A DNA stretch of 64,000 bases from Nageia nagi. Lineage: Eukaryota; Plantae; Pinophyta. The stretch spans positions 150,846,001 through 150,910,000 of the forward strand of contig JBITNC010000001.1 in assembly GCA_050084985.1 (NCBI GenBank), given 5' to 3'. Position 1 is the first letter of the stretch. The number at the start of each line of letters is the position of its first letter. Shown here piece after piece: positions 25,901 to 41,700 of the stretch. A program made the position numbers and the translations under genes. The notes under the pieces were generated by a model. The model searched no databases, was not told the DNA's origin, and saw only the letters and a list, made by a program, of their open reading frames with translations.

Positions 25901-27209
25901 ACATGGGAGGCATTATGAAGGTAGGATAGTGCTCGTTGTGAGAATGGTATATGGGAGAATAGTAGGTGAAAGGCTTTCCATCCATGCTTATTTAATGTCC
26001 ACACTTTTATCTTAAGTATTTGGAGCTACATGTCCACCATAATAACTCAACTCCATGTGGAATACACATGTGGAAATACCCCAAATTAAAAATAGATGGG
26101 GCTTCACATTTGCATACATGGATAATCCATTTTTTATCATAAGTGGATTATTCCTTGCTATTACAAAATACTTTCCTCGTAAATTATGTGTTAAATATGT
26201 TTATTTAATTCTCAATTAATTAAGTTATTTATGCATACTTAATATTGCATTATAAGTTCCAACACCCTCCACTCAGCTCCAAGACTAGGTCTAAGAAATA
26301 GACCATGGAAAAGATAAAACACAACTTCAAGAAGAAAAAAATGATTGTAGGAGCAAGAAGCCAAAGGACACAACAACCAACAATAAGGAGGAGAGCATAA
26401 TCGATGCCCTCAAAGCTACAATGTGAAATGAAACACAACAGGACTACTTGGCCAATAGCTTCAAGGTCGAAAAAGCACATTAATAATTTCATTTTGATGC
26501 ACTCTATTTTTCTTTGTTCGGTTATATTACTTTCTATGTATTTCTTAGACATATCATCGAGACTACAATGGTAGATCCACAAATTTTCTACTATATAAAT
26601 AGGATTTCAGATCCTATATATATATATATACAAAGGGATTCTTCTACCACATTATCCTTGTGCAATTGACTATAGAAAAGTAACTATAAGTATTTTTACT
26701 ACAGGAAAATTTAAAAATAATGATTGTAGAAATACAATAAAAGTGATTGTAGGAAAATAGAAAGAGAAATATCTCAAAAAAAGCTATGTTCCCTCCTCCC
26801 AATTCAAATATGTCCACATCCTATGTGGAAAAAAAAAGAATAGGTAAAGAGGAATTTATGGGAAAAAGACAAGGGTGGAAAAAATGTGCAACTTTAATAG
26901 TATATTATACACAAATAAAAAAAAATAGAAATAATGTACTATAGAAGTAACCAACTATGTTGCAAAATCAAATGATTTGATAAGAAGAGACTAGCTACCA
27001 TAGTCTTCATATTATATTTATGGTGTAATATTCCTAACATCAAATTTATCATTGCAAGAGGCATCACCGTCAAGATCAAACTTAGGGATATATACATCAA
27101 TAAAATTGAAAGAAAAAATGTTCCTCAAGTTAGGTAAATTAAAGAATATCCAAAAGGTATTATTCATAGTAGAACAAGCTAAAACACAAATAAACAACTC
27201 AAGCTAATC

Positions 27210-30200
27210 ACATTTACAAAGCATCATCAAGACACAATGGGGTTTTATCTAGAAACGAAAGAGATATTACACTTTAATATTCACCTCCTAGCCTAGCATT
27301 CTATATTATGTGCGCACAAAAATTCACAAATACTCTCCATTAAAAGGGATTTCCTTGTGTCACGTGCCCCTTATTGGGACATGTAGTCATAATGATTTGT
27401 AATGGTCCCCTTGGGCCTCTTAGAGTGACACATTCTTCTTCTAGGGATGTGTAGAATTCATTTCTTGTATTTTGTAGTATCTACATTATCATCTTGTAAT
27501 AATGGAGCTACGTTTAGAGATCCAAAGTAAATTCATAATATGAAGGGGATCATTGGTGCCCAAATGAGAATGTCTCATGTAATATGCTTAACATACATTT
27601 CAAGACATTATTATGGGGATTCCAAGGCAACATTCGAGATCCTAGGAGAGATGTCCACCTTGGAGTGATTTCTAAGTGAGATCTAGATCTCACTAGAGGG
27701 GTGTTTTTCTATAAAGAGGAGGAGGATTTGGAGTTTGTGGAGGAGTTCGTTTAGCCCGAGGGGCTATTCGGACGCTTGTCCTTTATCATTTTTTAGCAAT
27801 AATATTTTAGATATGATTTTTGGCATCCATTCTTAGCAATTTTGAAAATTTTTTTTGGTGCTATTTGTGATTTTTTTTATTTTTATACTCTGGAATATTA
27901 CAAATGGTATTAGAGCCAAGATCTTCTCAGCTTGTGGAGATTGAGATAGACACATCAGTCAAATCTAGGGCAAGAATTGATAAATTGGATGCAATAATAG
28001 ATTTGATGAAGGAGTTGCTTGATGACATGCATAAGGGAGATTTTCATCCTACATGTGGGAGTAATGTGGCTAGGGAAAAAAATTTTGGGCCAACAAAGTA
28101 TGAAACTATGCTAGATTTGAAGGAAAAGATTTTGCCACTCTTTCATAGAATGGGATTTACACGAAAATAAGAGTCAGGAGGAGGTGAACCCTTTTTGTAT
28201 AGATCATAATTTACAAGAGATCTAAGAGGAGGAGATAGTTTGGCTAACCATCCATCACCATTACCTAGGCCATCTAATACCATGTTCCTTCATCGGCAAG
28301 AGGATGATCCAAATCTAGTAAATCCGTGGAGTTGAAAGGCCTATTTTGGGAGTACCAAGAGAATTTGGAAAAATTTAGGGCTATGGTTAATTTTGAGAAT
28401 TATTTGGAGACTTTGGGAAAAAAGAAAGGTCATGGAGGAGTGACGAGCTCTTGATATGAGAGATTTCATCCTTGGAGAGAGACATTCACCCTCTAGGCTA
28501 TCATTCACACCATTATGAGACTTGGCTCCACCATGATGACACTCCAAAAATGTATGAAAGTAATTTTGATTTTTATGACAATAATTCATTTATGTAGTAT
28601 GAAGGGAGAAGAAATCTACAACCAAATTTCAGATTTGATTTGGTACAATCGGCTATTCAAGAAGAAGAGAGATTTTCGAAAAGCTTCTTTAGGTGGCTAT
28701 CGAGAGATTCTACACCAAGATCTAAAATTGAGAAAATGAAAAAGGAGAAGCAAGAAGAGAAACCAATGTCCTATCAGCCATATGTTTTTGCAACCAAGAG
28801 AACGGATCTTGAAGAAAAAGGGGAATTTTACAAAAAGGATATCATAGAGGTGGTCAGTTTTGAAGAAAAATTCAAATCAAAAATTATGGAGAAAGAAATG
28901 GCACCAACACATGAGGTATGTGTAGTAGAGTCTCAAAATGTTTCCTTTGAAGTACATCTACCTACACATGTTGAGGATATAGTTAATGGAGATGACAAGA
29001 ATGTGGTAGAAGAGCATGATATGGACAAGTATATGAAAGAGTCCAAATCGCTTTGTGATGTTTGTTTGGTTGGATATAGGTTAGATCTCCAAGCTAAGCC
29101 TTTGGATAGGAGTGTTCACATTATTTTCAACCCTCCTAATTTGCAGAATGATGGAGGATTGCAATGAACATAGTCTTTCGGATCCTAGTATTTTTGCACT
29201 TTGAGATGATCGAGGATTAGAGGAGACATGAAGGAGTTCTATAAATTTAATCTTGAATTTATAGGAGATTTGTCCCATTTTTGTGAGACTTTTGGAGAGT
29301 ATGGGGAACGTAGATTCCTTGTAGCCACTCTTGATCCATGTGGAGGTATGGAGCAGCCTTAGAGAAATTACAAACAAATCATTGTATTTTGGAGATATTA
29401 ACATTGGAGGCAAGGAGTCATCATTGATGTCTAAGAATGCATTCATTTCTGAGAATGTGATTTGGATGGTATCCACGGCTACAATTTTATTGTGGTATTG
29501 GACTCCAATTTTTTTTTCCCTACCTCTACATTTCCATCATATAGGATAACATTATCATTAATGTCACTGATGTGTTTGTGAAGTTTTGGACTACATTATG
29601 GTTGTTGTTTGAGGTAGCTTCCTTGATGAAGTATGGGAATGTATTTTTGATAATGTTTAGGGCTTCTTCCTTGTTGATTTTTGGAACTGCAACATTGGAG
29701 ATAGTTGGGACTACCATGATAGTAAAGTTGGTTGCATTTTCCATGAAGTTTAGGATGGCATCTCTCATCTTATTGAAGATTGTTTTGGTTATTTTTCTCA
29801 AATTGAACATACTTGCATTTTCCTTGTGGATGAAGATTATTTTGATGTTGTCCAAGGTTGTGTTCTTGTTGTTGATGAGAGAACAGTTTTGTATATTGTT
29901 TGGAACTATTTTTCTTGTATCACTTGGAAGTATGGTAATCAAGATTATTATTGTTTTAAAAATGACATCTTTGGCAACGTTTGGCATGAATTTTGGGGCT
30001 GCACTTTGGCTATTTGCTAAGGTCAGATCGATGGCAATATTTTGAGTAGCATGGCTAGTGAAACCTCTAACCACATTCTTGATGATGAAAGCTGCAAATT
30101 CCATGGGTATTAAGGCTGCAAGTTTGATCATAATTGGAGTTGCACTTGGCGTAACGATTGGGACAATTTCTCCCACATTGACTAAGCTTTTCTTAAGAAT

Positions 30201-32011
30201 GATGGTTGCACTTCATGTGATGATTGGAAAGTATTTTTTATGATTATCAAGATTATCAGTAGAGTGATATTAAAGGCAATGAGAGTTGTGTTTTGTATCA
30301 GGTTCGAGTTCTTTATCACATACTTTGGGACCACTTTGGTTGTGATTTTCATAACTATTGCAGATGTGCTATGGGTTGTGGGGTTGCACTCCTACTAATT
30401 CTTAAGGTTGCATGTGACAAAATGATTAAGGCAGTTTCCCCTATTTTGGTTGAGACTTTCATAAGGTTTGAGATTGTATGCTTGATGAAGATTGAGGAGG
30501 TGGCTTTCATGATGAATAGGATTATTTTCCCTATGATATTCAAAGTTGTATTTTTTGTGGGAAAAGGGATTGGTGAGCCTAAGTTGATAGATCTCATGTA
30601 TACTTCTTAGCAAGATAGGAAGATGATAATGATGTGATGAAGTTTGAATAAAATGAGTATTTGATTGAATGTGTGTTGTATTCATATTTTGATGAATAAT
30701 TTCAGAAGTTACAGCATCTATGGATCTTGATGTTGCCTTTGCATCCTTGTTTGTTCTTGACAAGGAGAAGAGAGTACATCTTTGGCACAACATGGTGGAT
30801 CTTCTTTGAGATTGACTTGGGACATTGGGATCACTATTGGTTACAGCATTGTGATAAAGAGTTTGTGTTGGCATTGCTTGAGGGAAAGCAATTTTGGGAG
30901 GGGCATAGTTGTAATGTCCCAAAATTGCAAAGATCTTATAAAATACATAACTTTCGCCACAAGCCTTAGATGGATGATTCCTCTTCTAGAAATGGATAGA
31001 ATATCTCTTGCCATTCATTTTAACAGATTACACGATGGGTTTCATCAAGAAATAAGAGAGATATTGCATTTTAAAGTTCACCTCTTAGCCCAAAATTCTA
31101 TATCACACACGTACAAAAATTCACAAATACACTCCAATAAAAGGGATTTCCTTATGTGGCATCCCCCTTCTTGGGATATGTAGTGATAATGTTTTGTAAT
31201 GGTCCCATTAGGCCTCTTAGAGTGAGACATTCATCTTCTACGGATGTGTAGGAGTCATTTCTTGTATTTTGTAGTATCTATATTGTCATCTTGTAATAAT
31301 AGAGCTACATTTGGTGTTCCAAGGTAAATTTGTAATCCCAAGGGGATCATTAGTGTCCAAATGAGGATGTCTCATGTAATATACTTAATATAGATATCAA
31401 TACATGATTGTGGGGATCCCAAGGCAACGTTGGAGATCCTAGGAGAGATGTCCATCATGGAGTGATTTCTAGGTAAGATCTAGATCTCACTAAAGGGTTG
31501 TTTTGCTATAAAGATGAGAAGCACACTTATGGAGGATTATCTTAAACTGCCAACCTTGTTTACTACTAGATCGATGAGCCTCATCAAGCTCATTATGCCC
31601 TAAAAAGGATTGGAAACCTCATCAAGCTTTCATGCCCTTGATGGAGCCTCATTAAGCTCTTGTTGAACCTATTACCAATTCATTGAACTTGGAGAAGCCC
31701 TTATTAAACATTCATCATTCATATTTGGGGGTTAGAGGCCCTAGCAGCAACCTTAGAGGAGGACTTGGATTTTTTGGTAACATCATATCTAGCCAATAAG
31801 CCAAATGTCCAACCATTTTAGCCGTTGTGTTTTTCATTTTGGTATCTTGGAGGAGTTTGTCTAGCCCTAGGGGCCATTTGGATGCTTGTACTTAATCATT
31901 TTTTAGCTATAATATTTCAAATATGATTTTTGATGTCCATTCTTGGCAATTTGAAATTTGTTTTTGGTGCAATTTATGAAATTCCTGATTTTTATAATTT
32001 AGAACATTACA
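27210..32011 (+). mobile_element. Decayed non-autonomous LTR element
   Basis: Direct repeats ~27210-27902 and ~31010-32011, both ending ATTACA; Met-type PBS tggtattagagc at 27905-27916; the interior has only fragmented low-complexity ORFs. Confidence 0.75.
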
Positions 32012-35000
32012 TAAACATAATTTCAATTTAATATAAATTATATTTTAGGTATCAAAGTCCAATATTGTAAAAGATGTTGTAAATGTCAATAAAGGCATCA
32101 TAAACAATGTAATTGGTGTCAGTATTAAGAAAAGCACCACAAGCTATCTAATCAATGTAGATCTCAAGAAGCACAAATGTCCAAGACATTAGCTACAAAA
32201 GAATATCCAAAGCAAGGCATTCTCAGATAATCATATATCAAATAGGTCAACTCATGATTGATCTATACTCCAAATAATAATGATTCTCTTGATGCCACCA
32301 AATTGAGTATCTATCATCTATTATTTGTCCTAACATCATATTATTTGAGTTTGTCTTTGTTCCTATCAAATCTTATGATGTTCGCAATGTGAGAAGATTC
32401 TATCCAAGGCATGCACATTGTAGTTCCTACATCCATGAAGCTTTAGATTTGGAAGACAACTCTATTTTGATCATGATACATCAAATCTTGCGAAGATCTT
32501 TGATTCAATGCCAACGACTATAAATACTCCTACAAATATCTCACAATATCTGAAGTGATTCTGTAGCATAAATCATAATTTGTTTAATCACAAGTCATTA
32601 TTTGACAACTACACATCTCAAACATGGTAGAACACTTCTTGCAATCATCGCAATTGAATTCTATTACACATCTTTGCTTATGTTGGTTGGAATAAGCTCA
32701 AAACTCTCTAACAAACCCGACTAACTTCAAATATCCTATTTTTGCTTAGTCCTATACCTCAATTGATCATGAAGCCCTAATCCATACCACAAAAAATAGG
32801 ATATTTTCAAGTCCCGAAACTTTAATCCACTTGCTTAAGATCACAAAATTCAAGCCAACTAATATGACTTGTCGATCAAGTACAAATCTTATGTTTTAGC
32901 TTATTTCTTACTTCAATTACAATCTCTTGTCAATAACCATAGAGGGGGCAATCCAATCATGATCAAGGTAAGTTATTATCCCCCAAACAATCCAAGATAA
33001 GGCCCAATCCTTCTCAAAAGTTTTATCTTTGCAAGGTTCGTATCTTTTTGTTTGGATCTCAATATTGTTGACATCAATCCAAGTATGTCATCCTTCTTGC
33101 TTCCTATACAAATAGTATTTTTACATATTACATTCAATATTGCTCATCATTTCTTTCCCGAGATTTAGCATTAGCATAACATTTTTCACTTATGCATTTA
33201 GCATTTTCTAAAATTTTATTTATTATAGGAGGAAAATAAATTAAGTGTTATCCATTTACATTATTTTTATCTACAATAATAATTAAATCCCATATTTTTA
33301 TAAATAAGTTCATAGAAGGTGGACCCATTTGTATGGTAATATGAATTATATGCTTGAACTAGTCACAAGCCTCATATAACAATTTTGGAAGCTTTTGGAT
33401 GCCTCGTTCTTAATTTTCACCCATCATTCACATTCTAGTCAATTAAACATGTACTTAATGCATGACATATTGTGTACTAAACAACTTATCCAGTCATTTG
33501 GCCCATCTTGATTTCAAATTGTTCTCTCCAATTGTTGATATCTTAAACTCGTGTTGCATTTTCTCTTTTTTAACAAATGAAAAACAAGTAAAAGAAGCAA
33601 GAACATAGTCTAATAGTCTTTGAAGACCTTATATGCCTTATAAGTATCTGATCCATCTGAAGTTAATTCTAGCATAAGAAAAACAACAATATATGTAACA
33701 CCACCCTAATGCATACTTAAGACAACATGCAAACAATCCATTTTTATTGGTCTCATGACCCTAATTAGCTCTTACATCATCTTGATTGACTCAATATAAC
33801 TGAATCAATCTTCTATCATTGTAGCTGAATCATGAAAAGCATCAAAAAGGCTAAATCTTAAAACTGAAGTCCACAAGAGATCACCCAACATTTTGACACC
33901 AAAATACAAAAAAAAAAAAAAAAACATTTTGACAATACAATTTAAAAAAACACACCGTAGCCCAAAACACACATGCTATGACATGTAAGCCAAGAATGTG
34001 AACATTATGCTTGACAAACCCCACAGTTGGACCAGGTCATTCTGAAATGTTTATGTACCTCTTACATTGTTATTTAAAGTAAAGTCATCTTCAAAAGTAT
34101 CATTTCAGAATGATCACTTCAAAATTATCTCTAGAACTATCCAAATTTGTTTCCTACCTACAGCTCCAATTTGGCGTTGTATACAAATTGTTTACTAACA
34201 AACCTCCAACCCTCCACCCTCCATATAAATCTTCTTTATATTTCCTCTTGTGAATTTGCTTAATTTAATTGTTAAATCTTGTTCTGCATATTGCTGTAAA
34301 TGTATTTCATGAAATAAATAAATATGCATGTTTTAATACATTGTTTATTATTTTTGGTGTCTACAAGAAAATATCTTTTTACTTTAATTGAGTAGAATTA
34401 TATTTTGATGGTCGAACTTTATAATTAATAGTAATTTTTTTTTCAACTTTCTCTAGAAAATTTTAATTGAGCTCGTGCTCCAAGTCGAATACACATTGCG
34501 TCCCCTTGACCCAATGCCCTGCATGCGGCAATGAAAATGTTTTCTAACCAGAACCAACTATCCAATACAAGTCATTCTAGGGCAGACATGCATGCCTATA
34601 AGGCATATAGCCTAAACCCGGAAAGAGCATGGCATAATTGAAGATGTGTCAGTATTGGGAATTATGAAGCCAACTAACAAGGTGTCAGTTGAATAAGTTA
34701 GGGTTAGGTGGCACCTAAGTGAATTCTACAGTAATCCCCTCTCCTGAATATAGAGAGTTTCGGAAGCTCCACAAACAAAAATTTCGGATATGACTAGTTG
34801 ATATTACTGGAAGCACATATAAAAGAGATAATGTGTCAAGCAAACCTTTTTCTTTCTTCCTTGATGATTTGAAAAGCCAGGTGCAGCCACATCCCACTAA
34901 GCTCTGTAGAAATATTTGATCTTTGCAATTTTTCATATTACAAAGTATCTAAAGACCAGGATAGTCTCAGAACACAAAACGCCTTGTTCAGCACTTTCAA

Positions 35001-35421
35001 AATTTGACAACAGAGGTCATATCTAAGACACTTGTTATAAAGTTCTCAACGAAATTTCTGAAGCAGGGACCTCTAGAACATAAGTCAAGGAACACTCAGA
35101 AAATACACTCGCTTATCTTGCTTCTGCCAAAAAATGTGGTTACCATATACAACATCATATATTATCTTGAACACCTGATGCTTCCCACGTGATTATAATG
35201 CCTTCTGCAGGGTTGTAATCAATAAGCTTCATAATGGAAGAACTATTTGACTTTTCACCATCGATAATCCGATGAATAAATGCCGTAGTGAAATGAGTGT
35301 CCACTGAATCAAAAATTTGTCTATTAACCAGAAAGCCATAATTTCCTTTTGCACTTTGTCTGTAATACTGGAAGGTTTTTTTTGCTGCTTCAACAAACAT
35401 ATTAGAAAGCAACAAACAAAC

Positions 35422-35745
35422 TTATGTATCAACGAATGTAGATTCTGCAAGATCAATTGCTCTCCCTAAGCCAGCAGCCTTGTTGACACATTCCCTATAC
35501 TCCTCATCAGGTTTGCTATCTGCAACAATTCCTGCACCTGACTGAAGATGCACAACCCACTCGCGACGCTTGCTAATATCCTTGTATGAATACATTGTAT
35601 CATAACGTGTTTTAGTAGGAAATACCATTGTGCGAAGGGCAAGTGCAATATCCATGTCCCCAGTATACGATATACCTCCAATACCACCACTATATGGTCC
35701 TCTTCGCGTTGGTTCAAATTCATCAATCAACTCCATGGCCTTGAC
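35422..35745 (-). CDS. ASA: AS-alpha last coding exon (VKAMELI...AESTFVDT*)
   Basis: atcag|GTCAAG acceptor; 324 nt ending in TAA at 35424-35422. Confidence 0.96.
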   Translation of the reverse strand, partial: VKAMELIDEFEPTRRGPYSGGIGGISYTGDMDIALALRTMVFPTKTRYDTMYSYKDISKRREWVVHLQSGAGIVADSKPDEEYRECVNKAAGLGRAIDLAESTFVDT

Positions 35746-38700
35746 CTGATAACCTTAAGCAAAAGAAGTTAGAAGGCAAAACAATTGCATCATGTATTAA
35801 AAATTTCAAACTGACATGTTAAATGACTGGAAGTTAAAAAATATGGTATTTATTGAAGTACAATTTTCATCTTTCAAAAACAGCAATTCTTAAAGAGATT
35901 CGAAATGCAAGTTGAAAATGATAGTTGTTTATTACTGTGCAAACCCACAGCTTCTGGACTACTACATAAGCAAGTCCAGAATACAATAGATTTAATCAGC
36001 TGAAGTTTTGTAAAAGAAACAGCTGAGAATGCAGTTGGCATAAGTTTAAATTGGCAGCTATAACTAAAATTGTTGACCTGGTCTACTATAAACCAACTGA
36101 TGAAAAAAGTCTAAAAATGCAAAGAATCACTTTAAAATCAAAACACACAAAATAGAGATAACTACAAAAAAATGAAAATGAATATTAAAAAAGAGCAAGA
36201 ATTATTAATATTGAAATGCCACCTATGAAACCATAATTCTTTGCCAGATGAAATTGTAAGAAGCATGCTTGTGAAATCGTAATTACATTGATTATCATGC
36301 ACATCACCTCAGCATGAATATCGCAATTCATCAAGGTAAAGCCATTTTTCAGCATTTCGTCAGAGTTTCTCATCGACATTTTTTTGCTTCAAGCTACCTG
36401 TTCAGTACAGGTCTTCACATGCAGCGCAAAGCAAAAAAAAAGTAATCAATACTATTTGGTTCTCTAAGAAAGAAGATGTTCATCCATGCTTTTGCATTCC
36501 GTTTTCAGACATAAGGGCAAGGATAGGGCTTCAACCATATCATGACAGGCTGCTTATTTTCTTTCTTCCTCCATTTATTCTTCAGCTTTATCCTCTTCAT
36601 TTTTTTAGCAACTATAACTGCTTTTCCTTCTCTGATATCATCATAATTCTTCTTTTGTTTTGTTTTTCTTTTCCTCTCTCTTTTGGTTCTGAATCTGCTC
36701 AACACGTTGAATTCTATTCTTCACAATAGACTTAATACCATCCTTTAAATTGCAACATAACCCAAGGCAGCTTGCACAACTAATTACAGAGAAAGTTGAT
36801 ATCACCTTGTATTTGGCAAGATAAAGTTTCTATGAAGTCTATTCGCAAATGCGATGGACGTTCATCACATACCTCAACACAATTGATCCTCTGGTTTGTG
36901 TATTTAGATGTACACGTGCAGATGTATATGTGTCTGCATATATATATTGCTTACACCCTTATTATATACACCCATATGCACATTTATATATTCGTCAAGT
37001 AAATGTATGTTTGCTAATTTACTAAGTGTTCAGATATATATACACAAAATAGCTTTCCAGAATTTAGAATACAGAAATCATTTGCACGACTGTTGACCAT
37101 GTATGCACATATTTTACATTACATGTAAAATGTATATTATATACATATATTTGCTGATCTGTATATGCATTGAATTGTGTGGATTTTTTTTTCTTATTTT
37201 ATGTTGACCATGTAAGCATACACACAGACATGAACACACACATATAGATAGATAGATAGATAGATAAGAACAGAAAGAGATTGCAAAATCAAATGAAACT
37301 TATATGACTAGCTAATGGGTCCAGAAAGCAAGTTTTCAAATTCCATCTTAGTGTTGGTGTTGGCCAATCCAACTTCATGAAAATGGTAAGAAGAAAGCAT
37401 TGAAACCTTTGGAGCTCCACTGACTGTCCCAACAGGCAAAGCTGCACGAAGTGCCTCCCAAGAAGTTAAATCTTCCCTCAGCTCTCCAACAACCTGAAAG
37501 AAACTCAAATATCATGGAAAAAATAAGCACAGAAATGTATTTATCATAGAAACCAAATAACCACATCCAAATCAAGAAAACCATTTGAACAATAATAACA
37601 TTGTATTAAATAATCATCCTTACAAGAATTCCAATGACTACGAATGCCATTAAAACAAAGATGGAACCTCACCGTTGAGCTAATGTGCATAACATGAGAA
37701 TATCGCTCAACATTCTTAAGTCTTTCCACCATCACTGATCCAGGTTTTGCAATCTATGCACAAAATTCAAAAAATACGAAGAGTCTCTTAAGTGTCAAAA
37801 ACATCATGTTTCAAAAATATAACATAGTATTTAGAGTTTTTCAAGTTTCAAAAATAAGTATTATATTTTAATTAGTCAAATACAAAACACAAACACTATA
37901 GGCATTCTTTATCCAAGACAGCCAAGAATGGAATGATTCTATCATTATCCATTTTGAGTTTTTGAAATCTCAAAGAGCAATGTTTCTATCATTATCCTTT
38001 TTGAGATCTCAAAGATTCCATAGGAACACGTTCTCCACCCTGAAGGAGGCGTTCCACTCATTCCTCCATTTTGGGAATGCAGGAACACATTGGGGAATGG
38101 CCTAGACATTCCCAGGAATGTCCCAGAGGAGTGTGTAACTGCTCCCTCCTTTTGAGCTCTTTGGGAACTTTAGGGAGCATCCAAGCATTCCCCAAGCTGT
38201 GGCCAGCCAGTCAACTTGAAAAAAAAATCACTTCAAAATTAAAAACTAAAGTGCAAAACTACATGAAGTGGGTCCCACCAAAATCTTTACCTCTCAAATC
38301 CTAAAAGTTGTTAGAATTCAACAAGCACACTGTAACAAAATAGCAGAAATCTGAAAAAATAGGTGTATGGATGGGAAAAAAGATCTGGATATTGACTTCA
38401 TCTCCTAACAAAAGTTACACTATATATGCATGCAAAGACAAACAAACACAGTTCATTTTATACTCACTTTTGGCATTTTGATTTCACATATTCATGTAAA
38501 AGTCTAGTCTATTTATTTAATTTTAGTATTTAAAGTTTTACTACTATGATTTCAGACTTCAGTATTTTTGACTTTGAGATTTCACTTCTATCATTATTAT
38601 AAGACCGATTCAGACTTAATGACATTATGTGATGGTTATGCTGACAGTCTTATGATCATGAATTATGACTCATTTTGATATTCTGATTCATACTTGATTT

Positions 38701-41700
38701 CTGGTTTCAGTTCCAAGTTTTATATATATGATTGAATTGATAATAATAATGAATCAGAAACAATGAAATTTCAAAAATCTGAAAATTCCAGGAATTTTTA
38801 CTAGTATTATACTAGTAGTTCCCGAGGCGTTCCCTAAAAATAACCTCTGCCATTCCTCGTTCCTGGAAACACATTCTCCTGTTCCCCTGCTCCCCCGTAC
38901 CCAGGGTCTTGTGGAATCTTGGTATTTTGACATGCATATATTGAAGAACACATGAAACCTAAATGCATTCATTAATCAGAAAAAAGGCAACAGTAGAAAC
39001 AAATATTACACAACTTGATGAAACCTTTATTATATCCTATGTTGTATTAAGTTTCAAGGATGGGAATAGTGAGGTTCTAGAGACGAGTTTCCTGGATGAT
39101 AAGATTTTGGCCAAGGGGATGACATATCAAAGATGTGACCATTATTAAAATCTTCCAGAAATACATGAAAAATCTAGATTTTTTAAGTATAGAAATGCAT
39201 CAATAGAGAAATAAATGATCTAGATTGTGAAATAACTTCAAAATGGCCATAAGCATGTCGCCATAACTTGCTATTAAAATACACAATTCAGTCCTCTTCA
39301 ACATATAGCATGTCGCCATAAGCAGCAACTAAAGCAAATACAACAGTGAGATTTGAACCTATGCCCAAATTTGATGTTAATTAGTTGATGTAACACCACT
39401 AATGCAAATCTAAGAAACAGCATTTCTCCACCTTATCACAATTGAAGGATACTAATGCATGCCCTACAAAAAACACTATAACCAGTGTTCCACGAAGCTT
39501 CCAGATGAGCTAGTTGGGGTTCAAGGAGACACATTTCGAGGACAGCTAGGACCAGGTCAGATTTTGAATTCGGCTGGGGGATGACTAGAAGATAGTAATA
39601 TTAAAATATGTGTAAAATATAATAAAGATTTTTATTTTTAAATATTTTTATGAAATGAATCATTCAAATATATTTTAAAATATTTAGATATTAAATACTT
39701 AGTACTTACATATATCTTGAGATATTAAAGTATTAAATATAATTCAAAATATTAAAATACACCTTTCTTTTTTAAACTGATTTTTTTTTACTAACAACCT
39801 TATGCAAGTTTCTGTAATCCATTATAAGGCATTTTTTTCAGAGTCACTTTATGTCGCAGCTAAGAAAAGGTTTATGAAAGTGAAATAGTAATTTCAGTGA
39901 TCGTAAGAAATTGAGAATTAAAAGAAAATTAATTTCAGAAAAAACTAACAAAGACTAGAAGTTTTGAGGATGGCCATGTATTTTGAGGGTGGGGTGGCCA
40001 GGAGTTTTCAAGACACCAAGAAGTTTCGAGGATGCCTAGAAATCCCCCAAAAATCCCCAGAAGGGGCGTGTTTTTGGTTTGGGTCCCTTAGCAATGAAAT
40101 ATCCCACGGACGGCCCAACAAAAAAAATAAATTTAGGGTACGCCACAATATTTAGGGATGATCCAGGGCCTTGAGGGGCGAGTACAGTATGTTTGAAACA
40201 TAGACTATAACTTAATTAAAAATCCCAATACATTCATTTAAAATAGTACAAAATTTCATATCCCCCATCCTAGAAACATAATACTAAACCACCTTATTTT
40301 CCTCATCATATTACCATTGAAACAAAAGGAGGTTTATTCATTTTAATAATGGAAATATAGATAATTAACTTCAACATATAAGTAATGGGAGTTCAAAATC
40401 TAACAATAATAATTTGAATCCATATCATGCAACAAGCACCACCACTTTTTCCTTATATTTGGGGTTATTTCCATTGGACACAAAAATAAATGAATTTCAA
40501 ATTTCAACTATGTTTACACAAATTTATTGAAAGGTTGATAAAGAATAAAAATACTGAAGAAACTGGTTTGAAAACTGTGAAAACTTACTATCATGCTAGT
40601 TTTCCCCAAGAAAATGATATTTTGATTGATTGTCATACAAACCATACAGAAACAGTAAAAATCTATATTAATGAGAAAACAACCTTTGAGTGACAAACCA
40701 TTGTAGTTTTAAAATTCAAATATGCCAAGCATAGTGCAAATAAGAAGAATTCTTTTTCACAAGGTAAAGAGTCCCAAGAGGCCAGTAACATACCAAAAGA
40801 ACATTTCATCAATAAGAAATTCCCCAGCCAGAAAATTCCTTAGAAAACTAGGCCCCATAGCTACATTTTTTAAAGAAGGGAAAACTAAGTAAATATTATG
40901 AATATGGAGGGCCACAATATACAAAAAGAAGCTCAAATATGCAGGATAATTCCATGTGGTTCAGTTTGAGAAAGGAATCAATTCTTCGTTTATATAATTT
41001 CTGAGATCTTTCCTTTTAAACTTTGTATTTTGCAGCAAAGAGATTTTCCAGTTGTGTCTGTTTGTATTCTTTTTGCACAGTCAAGGATGAAACTTTATCA
41101 AAATCAGAAATCTATGTATCAGCATAAAAATCCAATAATAACCAAATTTTCTGAGGGAGGGCTATTGAGCATCACAACCATAAAGCTGTTGACTGTAGCT
41201 AATTGATTACTGATGTCAAATGATTTTGACATGTCACATAGAGAACCACAAATTGATCAATGATGTATTTAGATTTCACCAAGTCAGATAGAGAATCACC
41301 CTGAGAAAACAGGTTTTTCAGGTAGAAAGAGTTTGATAACCTGAGGTCTATAATTTATCCTCATTGCTTGTGTCAGAATAGCCATCTGACACAGATATAT
41401 GTCTTGTGCTATAGTGTTCAGTGTCTTGCACCATGAGATCAAGTATCTGTTCCTTGCTAGGTAAAATCTAGCTTGATTCCAACCACAGATGTGCTTTCTT
41501 ATGTAATGATACGAATTAGTAAAAATTATTCTTCACACTGATTAGGACAATTCCAATCACAATCATGCAAGAAACATCCACAAGAAATGATACGAGACAC
41601 AGATCTGAAATATATTAATCCTCAAAGGTAAGTACAATGACCTCAAAGGCAAGACGTCTAGCTTGGGAGGCTAGATCTCAAGCACCATGAACTACCAATG

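Noticed and set aside
32050-33100. Possible decayed gypsy protease region on the minus strand
   Set aside because: Too degenerate to support by eye.
35155-35456. ORFs directly downstream of the AS-alpha stop (possible read-through or second gene)
   Set aside because: No recognisable motif; the protein ends at the normal position; most simply 3' UTR.
37246-37266. (ATAG)n microsatellite in an intron
   Set aside because: Real but ordinary.
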